A stretch of DNA of 64,000 nt, taken from contig QPGO01000004.1 of the NCBI GenBank assembly GCA_008632985.1, positions 434,001 through 498,000 on the forward strand, given 5' to 3'. The notes beneath the pieces are model-generated. The model was not told where the DNA came from. It made no database searches and saw only the letters and a list, made by a program, of their open reading frames with translations. The stretch's first letter is position 1. Every line of letters begins with the position of its first letter. The DNA comes from Psammoneis japonica. Taxonomy: Eukaryota. The position numbers and the translations under genes are program-made. This document shows positions 51,281-63,570 of this stretch, one piece after another.

Positions 51281-51523
51281 GGGTTGACAGTGCCAGAGCG
51301 GCTGGGTGGAGCGAGGATGAGGGCTTCATATAAAAGCAGCAAACGAAGACTGTGAGGAATCATTTCAATCGAATTACTGTAGTCCGAGTGCCACAAATAA
51401 TCCAGATTTGTCGCGCTGACACACGAGGCACGACTCAAGGCCGCGCCACTCTGATGTGCACGTCTGCGACGCCTCGAAAGCAAAAGCGCCAGAATCATCC
51501 AGAAGCTCTCGCAAAGTCTGAAA

Positions 51524-52012
51524 GTGAATCTGTGTGCCATGACAGAAACAACCCAAGAAGACGATCCCATCACTCTTTTGCAGTGTTGCGACTGCCACGC
51601 AGATCTGCCCCTCACAGAGTTCTCGAGGACACAACGGAAGCGACCTTTGCCACGGTGTCAAGTCTGTTGTGCGTTGTTGAACCGTCGCGAAGCAAGGCAA
51701 CAGGCACCCATTACGCATGCCTATGGTCCAAACAAGCCACACTTTTGTTGTCCCTGGTGCGGTTTCAAGTGTCCGGGACGCTGTTGGTGCGTCTCCGACA
51801 ATGGAGATTATGTCACCCAGCGCAAGGTAAGCGGTAGAGGGAAACCCAGGATCAAGACGAGGGAACCCACTTTGGTGTGTACAACGTGCCAACAGGAACG
51901 ACCAAAGTCGGCCTATAGCCATCGTAACTGGAAACAGAAGCGCCGTGCACGCTGTAGAAACTGTATGAGTATTGCCATGAGAGTTTGTGCGAGCTCGTCA
52001 TGTCAAGAGTAA
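51524..52012 (+). CDS. Small Cys-rich zinc-finger protein with two Stc1-like CxxC..(F/Y)S..CxxC repeats
   Basis: CCDCHADLPLTEFSRTQRKRPLPRCQVC and CTTCQQERPKSAYSHRNWKQKRRARCRNC; Tyr codons are intact. Confidence 0.55.
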   Translation: MNLCAMTETTQEDDPITLLQCCDCHADLPLTEFSRTQRKRPLPRCQVCCALLNRREARQQAPITHAYGPNKPHFCCPWCGFKCPGRCWCVSDNGDYVTQRKVSGRGKPRIKTREPTLVCTTCQQERPKSAYSHRNWKQKRRARCRNCMSIAMRVCASSSCQE

Positions 52013-52341
52013 CCGGATCAGTCAGAATGACAAAAGCACTAGGCCCTACCGGTACTCTAGCACGCATGCATTATGTCACACCGCATCACATTGCAAAACT
52101 GATGCTTTGCTCATTAACTGGGGTTAACTAGCTTTGCATGTACAGTAAGAAATGTAGAGGGAACGAGGCGACTCCTATGATATTTTGAGATACAACGTGC
52201 AGGTAAGAAAAAGCTGGACAAAGTGAAGAGGCCTACATTTGCTGTTTCTTCTCTTCAACGACCTAGACGCAAAAGAGAATTTAACAATAAATAAAACATT
52301 ATTTTGCATCTTTACTTGTTGGATAAGTTGAATAGTTCCTA

Positions 52342-53577
52342 CTACCACAGTTGAAAGGACTGAGTAGGTTTTTCTGAATGGGAACGAAAGAAGCGAACGT
52401 GAGATCTCATCAGCCTAGCGCAAGAGCTGTCAAAAAGCAAAGTCTCTCCCCGCGCACTTACCAGTGCATTAATTATAAATGATTCTTGTTGTGGTGGTTC
52501 TGATTTGTTGCGCTCGGACATTTGCTTGAGTTTTTCTCGCCTCTCGGCAGAAGTTAGAAATTCCTTCTCGGCAACAGACCACTCTTTCTCTCGCGCGCTT
52601 TGTTCTTCTGTCCTAGAAAGCGATCTCATCCATTGGTCATTTTGATGACTATCTCTCAAATGAGAGTAGGGACCCTGGGAAAGTTTTGGTAGTGAAAAGC
52701 TCGAGCCTCCGGCAAAACTCGGCGACACTACATTGCCCTCCACGTCACGTTCGCTTCCTTGTTGGTAGTCTAGCGTAACATTGAGCATCTCATCAAAACC
52801 TTCTCGATCATCCGATAGATAAGCATCTCTAGAGGCACTTTCGGCATCGTCCCGACTGTCTGCCGCGTCCAAAAGCGAAATCACTCGTGAAGCATCGTAG
52901 TGATTCTCATTGACGATCGAGTCGTCCCAAGAGTCCGTGCTGGAGACGATGTCAAGCGGGTCGCTCTCGTACTGTGACGAGCATGAATAAACCGAAGAAT
53001 GGCATTGTGGGCTCACAAGCTTTCGTGTTTTAGCTCTAGGAGTGGACGAAGGATCTTTTGGTGGTGGAGAGGGTATTGCTTTTGGCATGGCTTTCTTCCT
53101 GTGAACGTGTCTGTTCATATCAGCTCCTGGTTTTCGGCGATGATCGTCTGTCACCGAACCTTCCGACGTTGAAAAGGACTCTTCAATTGTTGTCATTGTT
53201 CCACTTCTCGGGTTTTCGTAAAAGGAAGAAATAGCTAACGCCTTGTCTGTTTGGTTCTCATTTTCGTGAGTGAATACCGCGGACGAAACAAACGACCTGC
53301 CAAACTCCATGATTGTTTCTTTGTCAGACATGGTTGGACACTGCGAAGACTCTGTTTTTTGTAATGCCTTGTTGTCGAGTGTCACTGTTATGGTTTCATT
53401 ATCGCTCATCGCGTAAACAAGAACTTCTGAAGTCAGGTGCATGATTGGAAAATGAATCACGCCACTCGATGACTCGCTAAAGGGGAACAAAAATTGGCGT
53501 TGTGGGAACAAAAAAGTGAGGCCCTGGCGCAGGCCATCAATATTTTCTTCGGGTGCTAACAAGCTAATAAACATCAT
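52342..53577 (-). CDS. Hypothetical Ser/Asp-rich, low-complexity protein (ends uncertain)
   Basis: 411-aa ORF with host-like composition; no recognised domain. Confidence 0.5.
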   Translation of the reverse strand: MMFISLLAPEENIDGLRQGLTFLFPQRQFLFPFSESSSGVIHFPIMHLTSEVLVYAMSDNETITVTLDNKALQKTESSQCPTMSDKETIMEFGRSFVSSAVFTHENENQTDKALAISSFYENPRSGTMTTIEESFSTSEGSVTDDHRRKPGADMNRHVHRKKAMPKAIPSPPPKDPSSTPRAKTRKLVSPQCHSSVYSCSSQYESDPLDIVSSTDSWDDSIVNENHYDASRVISLLDAADSRDDAESASRDAYLSDDREGFDEMLNVTLDYQQGSERDVEGNVVSPSFAGGSSFSLPKLSQGPYSHLRDSHQNDQWMRSLSRTEEQSAREKEWSVAEKEFLTSAERREKLKQMSERNKSEPPQQESFIINALVSARGETLLFDSSCARLMRSHVRFFRSHSEKPTQSFQLW

Positions 53578-53977
53578 AACTTATTCGTATTTATATTACA
53601 AGCAATGATGACGTGAAATTCGTTGCATTCATTGATGAAATACATATTGATAATAAGTAGGAGAAAACGATGTATATATTATCAAAGCCTATATACATCA
53701 TTTCGCTGAACATTATGATATCTGCAACCATGAAGAGCTTCTACTCAAACACACACTTTTTCCCGCCAACAAGATATATATGGAAAAAAAAAACACAACA
53801 ACCCAACCTACCCAAACCAGCCATGGCGCTGGATCGTGCCACGCGACGCCATACAGCTGGATACTGACACAATTGGGAGACCTCTATGATGAGTCATACT
53901 GTCAGGAAACTATTTGCTTTTTTTTAATAGTCAGATAGCTCAAACTGACAACAACGGAACCGACGACAACTTTGATC

Positions 53978-55478
53978 ATGATTCAAACGTCACGAAATCT
54001 AATCAGCAGACTCGGAAAATATCGCTGTCGACACTCGTCCTCGGATGAGCTTTTCACGAACGTACCCTTGATATTTCTGCATGGGATGAAAGGATCCCAC
54101 TTGGCCTTTCAAGAACCCGCATACAATCGAAGACGTGCGTGGCTTACGCTTTCGGCGCTTTTGAACTTTCCACCTCGCTCTGATGACCATCCTTCTCGGA
54201 TATTTCTCTGCCTTTGACTTATAGTGAGTGCCGTAAGATACAAGATCGTGGTCCGCTGATTGTGGATGGTACTGTGGATCACATTCTGGAGTTTGGACCT
54301 ACTTCCACGACACGGTACGAAGGAGAACGATCGTTTCTCCTCGAGCACCTTCCTTTTTACGGTCGTGTGACGAGACATGTAAAAGAGATTGACGACCGGT
54401 TCACTAAAAACGTTGAAAATCATGCATATCACGTTCGTCCCGCAAGGAACTATGCGTACGATTGGCGCCGATCCTTGCCAGAATTGTCGGAGCAATTTTA
54501 CAGTTATTGTGAAACCGAGTTTCCTGGCGAACCGGTTCAAATTTTAGCTCATTCGTTAGGAGGACTTGTCGCCTTTGGTGCCATGAAGAAGTATCCCGAA
54601 AAATACAGACCAGGTGCCGTGCTTGTGGGAGTTCCTTTTGGGACTGGCATTCAGTATTTGCAGGTATGCTTCCCGTGGTATCCACGTGAATGACGCGATT
54701 CCGTTTCCTTCTTGGAAACCCACTGACTCCTATCGTACCTCTTTCTTTTTTCAAAAAGGACCTCCATTGGGGCTATTTCACAGAGCTCGGTCGTTGCCGA
54801 CAGTTCTTGCCTTTTACACAGTTTTCCTTTTCATCACACTGGTCCTTCTTTCCATTGAACAAGGCAGAGCTTGCCGACACGTTTGTCGATGTATCCAACA
54901 ACCTCGACGCTCCCTTTGTGGTTGGAGAGAGTGCCACTGGAAAACCAGGAACAAAGTTTCAACCAACCATTTCTGGCAATGCCATTGAAATTGACTTTTA
55001 CAATGTGGACGAATGGGAACGGAACGAATTTGGAATCTTCGACCCCGCATACCGGAACATGTTCTCCGACGACGAACTGCAGCTGTACCGAGATCACTTG
55101 TCGATACAGTTTGATTCCGCCAAGGAGTGGAGAACCACCACTCTCTCCGAGGGTTCAAGTGACTTTCCTCCTTTGGTAGTTTGTTCCACCAGCACAATTC
55201 CTACTGTAAACCAAATTTTGCGAAGGGTACGCATCGACGGCGGCAACAACACGACAGAAGAACCAAGGTGTTCTTGGGAATACGACTATGTGTCTGGACG
55301 CAGTGTTCCTGGGGATGGCCGAATCGACTTTGAAAAGTCGTTTCCTCCCGATGACATTCCTTATCGAGCAGTCTGCCTCGATTCCATGCATGCCAAACAA
55401 ATGTGTTGGGAACAACACGGTGGCAGTCTTGCTACAATCTGGGCTGAAGTAACAGAACAGATTGAAAGTTATAGATAA
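53978..55478 (+). CDS. Alpha/beta hydrolase (LCAT/PGAP1-like); apparent frameshift near 54200 and intron at ~54664-54758
   Basis: IFLHGMKGS, YAYDWRR, ILAHSLGG, GVPFG, PGDGRI and a C-terminal His. Confidence 0.8.
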
Positions 55479-55647
55479 GGATGCAAGATTGAACAAAGCA
55501 TATGCCGGAGCTATCAAACATCCACAAAAACACGGTGGCAGTATGACTACAATCTGGGCGGAAGTTACTGAACAGACGGAAGAAAATTATAAACAATGAC
55601 GCAGATACCTACATACCGGTATGCCGGAAATGCCAAACACTCACAAG
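55414..55647 (+). repeat. Diverged ~115-bp tandem duplication of the hydrolase 3' end
   Basis: aacacggtggcagt...ctacaatctgggc.gaagt.ac.gaacaga occurs at 55414 and 55529. Confidence 0.8.
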
Positions 55648-55750
55648 CGATCAAATAATCTCTAGAATGAGAATTGAACTCGTAAGCAACTTTCGTGATC
55701 AATGTTCTCTAGGTTTCATCAGGTAAAATGTATGTCAAAGTCATCATCAA

Positions 55751-56967
55751 TTAGCCCATAAGCTGTTCCTTGAAAAGAGGGGCCAAGTGTTCGGCAACTC
55801 GAAGCGTCTCTACAGCAATTTCAATGGTCGCAACACCCTTTGGCTCGACTCCGTTTGCACAGTAATTGGCGACGCGTTCCTTCACTGTAATGTAATCGGG
55901 ATCCTGCGAGAAAAAATAAGGCATGGCACCGGGATAGGTCTCTTTCAAGACGGATACATTGGCCTTGTCCTCTTCATCCGGCACGCAATGACGAAAGAGC
56001 TCATTGCCGTCCTTGTCGGAAACCACGGCATACGAAGTGTCTCCACCACACCGATTCGCCTGGACACTAACTTCCTTGCCCGTTTTGGTCTTGATGGTGA
56101 ACTTGATCTTGTCAAAGTCGGTAAAGTCCTTTCCACTGCTGGGACCCTTGAGAGTTTGGCAGGATGAAAAATCCTTGTCGACTTGGGCGGATTCAATGTT
56201 TTCCACAGTGACATCATAGAATGACACCAAGAGGGCAAGCTCGTGAATGGTCATGTTTTTCAACATGCCCTCGGCGTTGCGTTCAAAGCATTCTCCCAAA
56301 CTCTCCGGAGTGTTCTCGTACGTGTTGTTGGAAACAAAGGTCACGATGGATCCGGGTGTTTTGGAAGAGAACTCTCGCGCCTTGCTGACGTATTTGCAAC
56401 GTTTTTGTTGTATCCCATGAGAACCTTCACGTCCGCCTCGGCGGCCTCCTTCTTCATGGCTTGCAGCTCGGCCACCGTGGGTGCTCCAGGCTTTTCGAGA
56501 TAAATCGTGGTGCATCCCGCCTTGATGGCTTCTCCCAAGAGACGTGGGTTATCGGCAGTACGACCCGACACGAGAGCCAATCGCTTGGTGCCCTCTGGAA
56601 CATCAGGGAGATCAGCGAGGCTCTTGAAGAATTGAACGCCATGTCTTCTTCGGTTTTCTTTTGGAATTCGGCAAACTCGGGACCTCCTGGGCCAGATGCT
56701 CCTGAAGTAAAAGTGTATAGATTAGCATTATGCAAATGAGTATCGTGCACGAATCAATTCAATTCAGTCACGTTCGAACCGAGAAAAAAAGAAGTCACTG
56801 CACTCACCGGCTCCCATAAACCACGGTTCAACGATGTAACAGAGTTTGGCCGAGGGGCACTTGTTATTCAAAAGCTGAACGGCGTGGTACCATCCCATCC
56901 CTCTAAGAGGACATCCACATCCGACGAGGACCACCTCGGCTTGACCTTTTGCGGCTGTTGCAACCAT
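55751..56967 (-). CDS. Gfo/Idh/MocA-family NAD(P)-dependent oxidoreductase; intron at ~56703-56807 and apparent frameshifts
   Basis: VVLVGCG..GMGWYH, IYLEKPGA, VLMGYNK and NMTIHE motifs. Confidence 0.8.
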
Positions 56968-57431
56968 CTTGACTGGTGTTGTGTTCCGATTCTCTTTTGA
57001 AAGATTTTATGGATGCCGATGGTTGGATCTTGGATGCATTGCGTTCGGCTCTTGAAGTTCCACGTCGGCGTTGTACTGCCGCGCCTGTGTGTAGAACTTC
57101 CCGTAGAAACCGTAGTATCCAAAAGACAGCGACGCAATCTGATGGGCGTCAGGCTCTCGACCAATCAGATTTCGCGACGACATGCGAAGCGAGGGATTTT
57201 GCGTGGTACTGAATGTATGTAGAGGTACATACGGGTTTTGGACGACGAGACCATCGTATGCCTCAGACATGCAACACGTACACGACACAGACGGCCATCG
57301 AAAATCTTCGAAATCTTCGGACACAAAATTCGCGCGCTTTTTTTGCCGCGCTACTCGGCGCTCGCTCACTTTTTCGACGAGATTTCTTCGACAATCTCAA
57401 AAACACCAACGACATAGAGCTTATCAACAAC

Positions 57432-60400
57432 ATGTTGACCCGCATGGCAGCTAGACGAGCCTTGGCTCATCAGAGTAAAGCGAGAGTGTCTTCCTCTCCA
57501 TGGGCGAGACAAGCGTTGAAAGCTTTCTCGTCGACGACTCGGTCGTGTGATACAACGAACGGCATGTTGATGAGAACTCCAACATCATCTTCTTTGATGC
57601 GTCCTACTAGAAGTTTTCGTCAAAAACCATTTACGTTGCGAACCTTTGCTTCCATGCCGGGTGGAGGCATTAATGTGATGAATCCTCAACAAGACAAGCC
57701 GGGACAGCACTTGGAGCAGTACGGTGTCGACTTGTCCAAGCTCGCCAAGGACGGCAAGCTAGATCCCGTAATTGGGAGGCACGAAGAGATTCGACGAACG
57801 CTTCAGATTTTGGCACGACGCACCAAAAACAATCCCGTCTTGATTGGTGAACCCGGTGTAGGCAAGACGGCAATTGCCGAAGGACTGGCACAGCGTATTG
57901 CTTCCGGACAAGTGCCGGAAAGCATGAAGGACAAGCGTGTGGTTAGCCTAGACCTGGCGGCGATGATTTCCGGAGCAATGTATCGGGGACAGTTTGAAGA
58001 GCGTCTCAAGGGTGTTTTGAAAGACGTGGAGCATGCGGATGGATCGATTATTTTGTTTATTGATGAATTACATACCATGGTCGGAGCGGGCAAGAGCGGA
58101 GAGGGCGGCATGGACATGAGTAACATGCTCAAACCGAGTTTGGCTCGTGGGGACTTGCAACTCGTAGGCGCCACCACATTAGACGAATACCGGAGAATTG
58201 AAAGCGATGCGGCCCTGGCGAGGCGATTCCAGAGCGTCTTTATTGCAGAACCAAACGTTCAAGACACAATTTCGATTTTGCGAGGAGTCAAGACAAACTA
58301 TGAGCTACATCACGGGATTCGCATCAAAGACGAGGCTCTCATTGCGGCCGCGACACTTTCCGACAGGTACATTTCGGATCGAAAGCAGCCAGACAAATCG
58401 ATTGACTTGGTGGATGAAGCGTGTAGTCGACTCCGTTTGGAGCAAGAGTCCAAGCCTGAAATCATATGGAAGGTGGAACGGGACTTGCTGACCAAACAAA
58501 TCGAACTCAGTGCGCTGGAGAATGAGGGAGATGATAAGAAATCGGTGGCTCGCAAGGCTCAGGTACAATCTGATGTGGATGATCTCAATGCAGAGCTCAA
58601 GCGCCTGACAGACTTGTGGCAATCCGAGAAGGATCAACTCGAACGTGGCAAACGCGTCCAAGAGGAGCTCGAGGAGGCCAAACGGCAACTCAGCCTGGCG
58701 AAGCAAAAGGGAGATTTCGCCAAGGCGGGAGAATTGGTCAATTCCAAAATACCCCAACTTGAACATGAAATGGAGGAATTTGAAAAACAAGCAGAGTCTT
58801 CTTCTTCCGCCGAAGGAGAACATGATAAAGGACCAAAGATGCTGGCCGATGCAGTCACTGCCGAGGCCATTGCTACAATCATTGCACGTCACACTGGTAT
58901 TCCAGTTTCTAGAATCACCGGTAGCGAATCGAAAAAGCTCTTGACCATGGAAGACAAATTGAGACAGGTACGAATTTTCCTTTGAAATGTGCTTGTTGTA
59001 TCTGCTTGTGTTGAGCATCACTGTACCTGACGATGCGTTTGGAATTCTCTCCAAAAAACAGAGGGTTGTTGGACAAGAGCAGGCTCTGTCAGCTGTCAGC
59101 AATTGTGTTCGTCTCGCCAGAACTCGGTTGCAGGCGCAAGTAAGTGTTTTTGTGGATTGGGTTGTTGCTCAGTCTTCTCGATTTTGGCGAAACTTATCGC
59201 TCGTCCCTCTTTCGACTTTTGTAGGATCGTACGCTTGGAAACTTTCTCTTCCTTGGGCCGACGGGAGTTGGTAAGGTACGGTTACTAGTCCCAAATGTCT
59301 TCTCGTTTATTTCCTTGTTCGCAGTAGCTTTCTCACGGTGCCTATCTTCATTCACTTCGATTTTCTTTTCTTTCTCCAGACGGAACTGTGCAAAGCATTG
59401 GCTGAATTCATCTTTGACGATCAGGATGCCATGACCAGGGTTGATATGAGTGAATACGGAGAGAAGCATACCGTTTCAAGGCTCATTGGCGCACCGCCAG
59501 GCTACGTCGGGTACGAAGAAGGAGGTGTTCTTACAGAGAGTGTGAGACGTCGTCCTTATCAAGTGTTGCTGTTGGATGAGTTTGAAAAGGTACGTTTGTT
59601 CCCCAGCTTTGTAGTTTTTGAGCTGGTAATATTTATTTACTAATCACTTTCTTCGTGTTTGCTGCTACTCTGTGTACTTTACATAGGGCCACCGAGAAGT
59701 CTGGAATCTGCTCCTGCAGCTGTTTGATGAAGGGCACTTGACAGACTCTCATGGCAGGAAGGTAGACTTCCGAAATGTCATTGTAGTGGTAGGTCTGACT
59801 TGTCTTGCTGCTTTGTATTCTTGTCGTACGAATCTGACTAACCGTCCTGTCGTTTTCCTCTGTGTTCAGATGACTTCAAACATGGGCGCCGAAATCATCT
59901 CGGAACTACCAGCCCACATGATTGGAACTGAACCAGAGGTGCAGAACTCAATCATGGAAGTTGTGCGCCACAGCCTTAGCCCCGAGTTGCTGAATCGTAT
60001 CGACGAATCCGTCATCTTCAATCGTTTGCAGCGGGAGCATATGGACAGAATTGCCGGTGAGCACAGAGCAATCATGTTCCAAGCTGTTCCTTGTCAAGTT
60101 ACGTTGTTTTCTCAATTGTTTTTTGACTCGCGTTTGACTTTATAGAGATTGGAATCAAAGATATCGCGGATCGATTGGAGAGCGCTCAAAACATGACGTT
60201 GGACGTGAGTACGACAGCACGCGATTGCCTCGCAGACCGTGGTTACGATGTTCGATATGGTGCTAGGCCCCTGAAACGTGTCCTTGCTCGAGATCTTCTC
60301 AATCCGCTTAGTCGCCTTGTCCTAGAAGGAGGGGTGATTGACGGCGACGAGGTGAAGGTGCGATCAAGAGGCGAGGCAGAGAGGTCTGACAATGAATTTG

Positions 60401-60540
60401 GCTGGATAAGCAGCGACATGGGTAGCACGGACAAGAACGATGTTGTCATCCTTAGAAACCACGAACCGGTGTCGGACGAAGACGAGACTTGGGATGACGA
60501 TGATTATCTGCTTGAAGATGGGCAACACCATCATCGCTGA
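57432..60540 (+). CDS. clpB: ClpB/Hsp100 disaggregase, probably mitochondrial (Hsp78-like, lacks the N-domain), multi-exon
   Basis: [29 protein letters not shown]-domain coiled coil, [23 protein letters not shown] and YGARPL; Arg/Ser-rich presequence. Confidence 0.95.
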
Positions 60541-60620
60541 TAAGCGCCCCCGTCTGCTGGCAACGCGTGGATACAGAGATAAAAGTACATGACGAATAAC
60601 AAAAAATGCAGTTTTAGGAG

Positions 60621-63054
60621 TTAAACAAAATCTGCGTCAACTTCATCTTCATTGGATTCTTCCACGACGACAAGCTTTCCATTTCGCGGTTCGACATTCT
60701 GCATCTTGACTCCGAGCTTCTCGGCAAATCGATATGGAACCTTTCGTTCTTGTGGACTTGTTGTGAAATTTATGACAACACCTGGTCGACCACCTCGTCC
60801 GCATCGGCCCGCTCGATGCGCGTAATGGGATGCGTCTGTTGGTAGATCAAGGTTGATCACATGTGTCAATAGAGGCGCATCAAGGCCACGGGCAGCCAGC
60901 TCTGTTGCCACCACAATACCTACGTAACCCTCACGAAGAGCTCTGCTCACTTCTGCTCTATCAGCCTTTTCGCTACCACGGCCGCCGTGGAGCGGCGCAG
61001 CGACTATGCCCATGTCGGCAAGCTACACACAACAGTCGTCAGAGAGCACGCATGACATTGAGTGACGCGCCTGCAATAACAAACGCGTGCACAGCGAAGA
61101 ATGAACTCACCTTGTCGATAACTATTTCCACTCTACGAGAGTTGTCTGCAAAAATGAGAACCTGCTGCGGTATCGGTTCTGTATGAAGTATCCTCCTCAG
61201 CGTTTCAAGTGACAAGCGACGATGTGGCACGTTCACGACACCGTGCATCACCGTTCGGCTTACCCTTGTATTACCGGACGTATCGGAACCTGAAGTGATG
61301 AGCTGATCATCTTTATCCGCCATTGCCTCGGCATATCCCGGACGAAGGAAACTTTGCAGTTTGGTTGACTTGATCATGTCGGATGCTGTTGCAGAACAAA
61401 GAATGGACTGGAGAGAATCACCGTGCCGCCGTTTCAACGTGTGTAGAATTGCGTCTGTTGGATCACGGTGCGGTTTGTATTCCATCAACGCATCAAACTC
61501 GTCTAAAACAAGCATCTGCAAAGAACTAATTTTGAGGCGACCACTCTTTTCGCCCGGTTTGCCGACTACAAGCTCGGCAACGCGTCCAGGAGTGCCAACC
61601 AATATTGTTGGCTTGCGTTTGCGAATCTGTTCTAGATTGCGCCCAAAGGTCGTCCCACCAATAGCCATCATGACTGATATGTCCGTATATTCCAAAAGAG
61701 ACCTAGCAACACTGACAATCTGGCTAGCCAATTCACGGCCTGGAGCAACAATGAGGACTTTCACGTCTTTTCCAACGTCCGTATTCAAAAGTCTTTCTAC
61801 AATGGGTACAAGAAATGCAAGAGTCTTGCCACTTCCAGTATATGTGCCGACTAGAACATCCTTACCCATCAAAGCCGGCTCGCACACCTTGTCTTGAACT
61901 GAAAGCGGCGAACCGCACTCCATGTATTCAAGGTTGTTAAGCAACTGCGGTGACGTTATTCCCAGTTCCTCCCATGATCTCGTAGCTGGTGGCGAGTATT
62001 CTGTGCCGTCGACTACATCGTTAGCATTGTCTAGAGAGGATTGGAAATCTTTCTGTGCTTGTTCTGTTGTAAGGTAGATGGGATGCCCATCATTACCATA
62101 CACGATACGCGCACGCTTCTTCTTTCTCCTCTTGGGTTTTGTTTCTGCCTGTGGCGGTGGAGATTCCTTTGGCTGCGCTTTTGCCGCTTCTGCATTGAAA
62201 AAGAAACCGCCACTGGGCGATACCTCCTCTGATTTCTGAGTCATCTTTGAATCTCTTGAGTCAAAGTCGGCATTTCTGTCGATATTTTCCATGAAATCAA
62301 CGTCATCGTCGCTGAACGCACTTCGCCAATCGTTTTCATATTCCTCGTCATGCTGGTCACTAAAATCTAGATCCGGCTCGTTTTGCACATTGCTATCTCG
62401 TCGTCTTTCATTATGCTGGTTTTCGGAAGGACCTTGCTTCTTTTTCAACCTTTCCTGATTCTTACGAACACGATTCAGCATTGCGTCGTCTTGCGTGTCG
62501 AAAAAGCCAACGGTGCTTTCTGAATCGTCTTCCAGTCCATTCTTTCGTGCCTCTTTCTGCCATGGATCTAGCACAGGCTTTCCTCGAAACGTATTGCTCT
62601 TTTGTTTGTTGCGTTTATCATCATCATCATCATCATCGTAGACAAATTCGTATTCCTCAGGGTCTGCCGTCCATTGTTTCAATTGAGTCCCCCAACGCCC
62701 AGACATGATGGCTTCCAATTCTTCAATAGACTTGCCACTCGACCTAAATTTCGCGTCTCTAGCTGAAGATGAGCCGGAGTGCTGAGAGCTTCCGCTACTA
62801 GAACGTTCAGAATCCCCTCGATGCTCGTGTTCTTCTTGATTAAAGCTCGACCGAGGCTTTTTCCGAAGTCGCTTGGGAACAGAGTGCGCTGCTTGGGAAA
62901 ACCGTCTCGGCTTTTTCTGTTGCTTTCTCGGTATGTTTTCGGCAGAACAACGAGTGGTATCCAGTGGACGGTGCTGCTGTCGACTCGGAACGAAGCCTTG
63001 CACAGACAGGCTTGATGTCGTGAGAAATATCACAACAATTCCTCGAGACTTCAT
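60621..63054 (-). CDS. DEAD-box RNA helicase (DEFD), probably plastid-targeted; intron at ~61023-61110
   Basis: TGSGKT, PGRELASQ, GTPGR, LDEFD, SAT, ARGLD and HRAGRCGR; N-terminal signal peptide with a cleavage-site Phe (VQG-FVP). Confidence 0.92.
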
Positions 63055-63289
63055 CGGGAACAATTCTTTTTTTTTAACAGAGGATATATGCAAAACAAAG
63101 AAGAATTTATCGTGGACGCCTCAAATACTTTACCCACCAACAACACTACGAAGAAAGTTGAGACTCTCAACTCTCTCTGCCGTTGATGAGACGCCGTCAA
63201 TGATGTAATAGTGTAGGCCGTAGGGCCCTTAGGTCCTAATGCGGCGGCGAAGTGATGAGTCGACTGAAAAAAATTAAAATGAATGGTGA

Positions 63290-63570
63290 AACTGGTCTAG
63301 TCTACGGTACCGTCGACCGCGCTCCGGTACTTTTGTGACTCATAACCTTACTCCTGATTCTATTCGACTCTCTACTCTACTACCGGTAGTCTAGAGACTA
63401 GAGAGAGGAAGAGTAGAAAGTAGTAGAACTACCTAGCTAGAGATAAGTTAGCGAACAGTAAGTTACTCTACTAGACTGTAGGTACGACAGAAGGTACGAC
63501 TACTGGAGTCGTCATCTAATCACTAGTATGCGTCTCTTTTTCGTCTGTTCTACTCTAGAGCTAGTAGAGA
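63290..63570. repeat. CTA/TAG/TACCGGTA-rich low-complexity tract
   Basis: Seen directly: ctactctactaccggtagtctagagactag, gtagtagaactacctagctagag. Confidence 0.75.

Larger units (their letters stand above)
35900..51320. repeat. Transposon/relic block 2, TpA-depleted except for an island at ~47420-48510
   Basis: Same composition as block 1; contains Copia, MITE, gag-only LTR and non-LTR relics. Boundaries are approximate. Confidence 0.85.
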
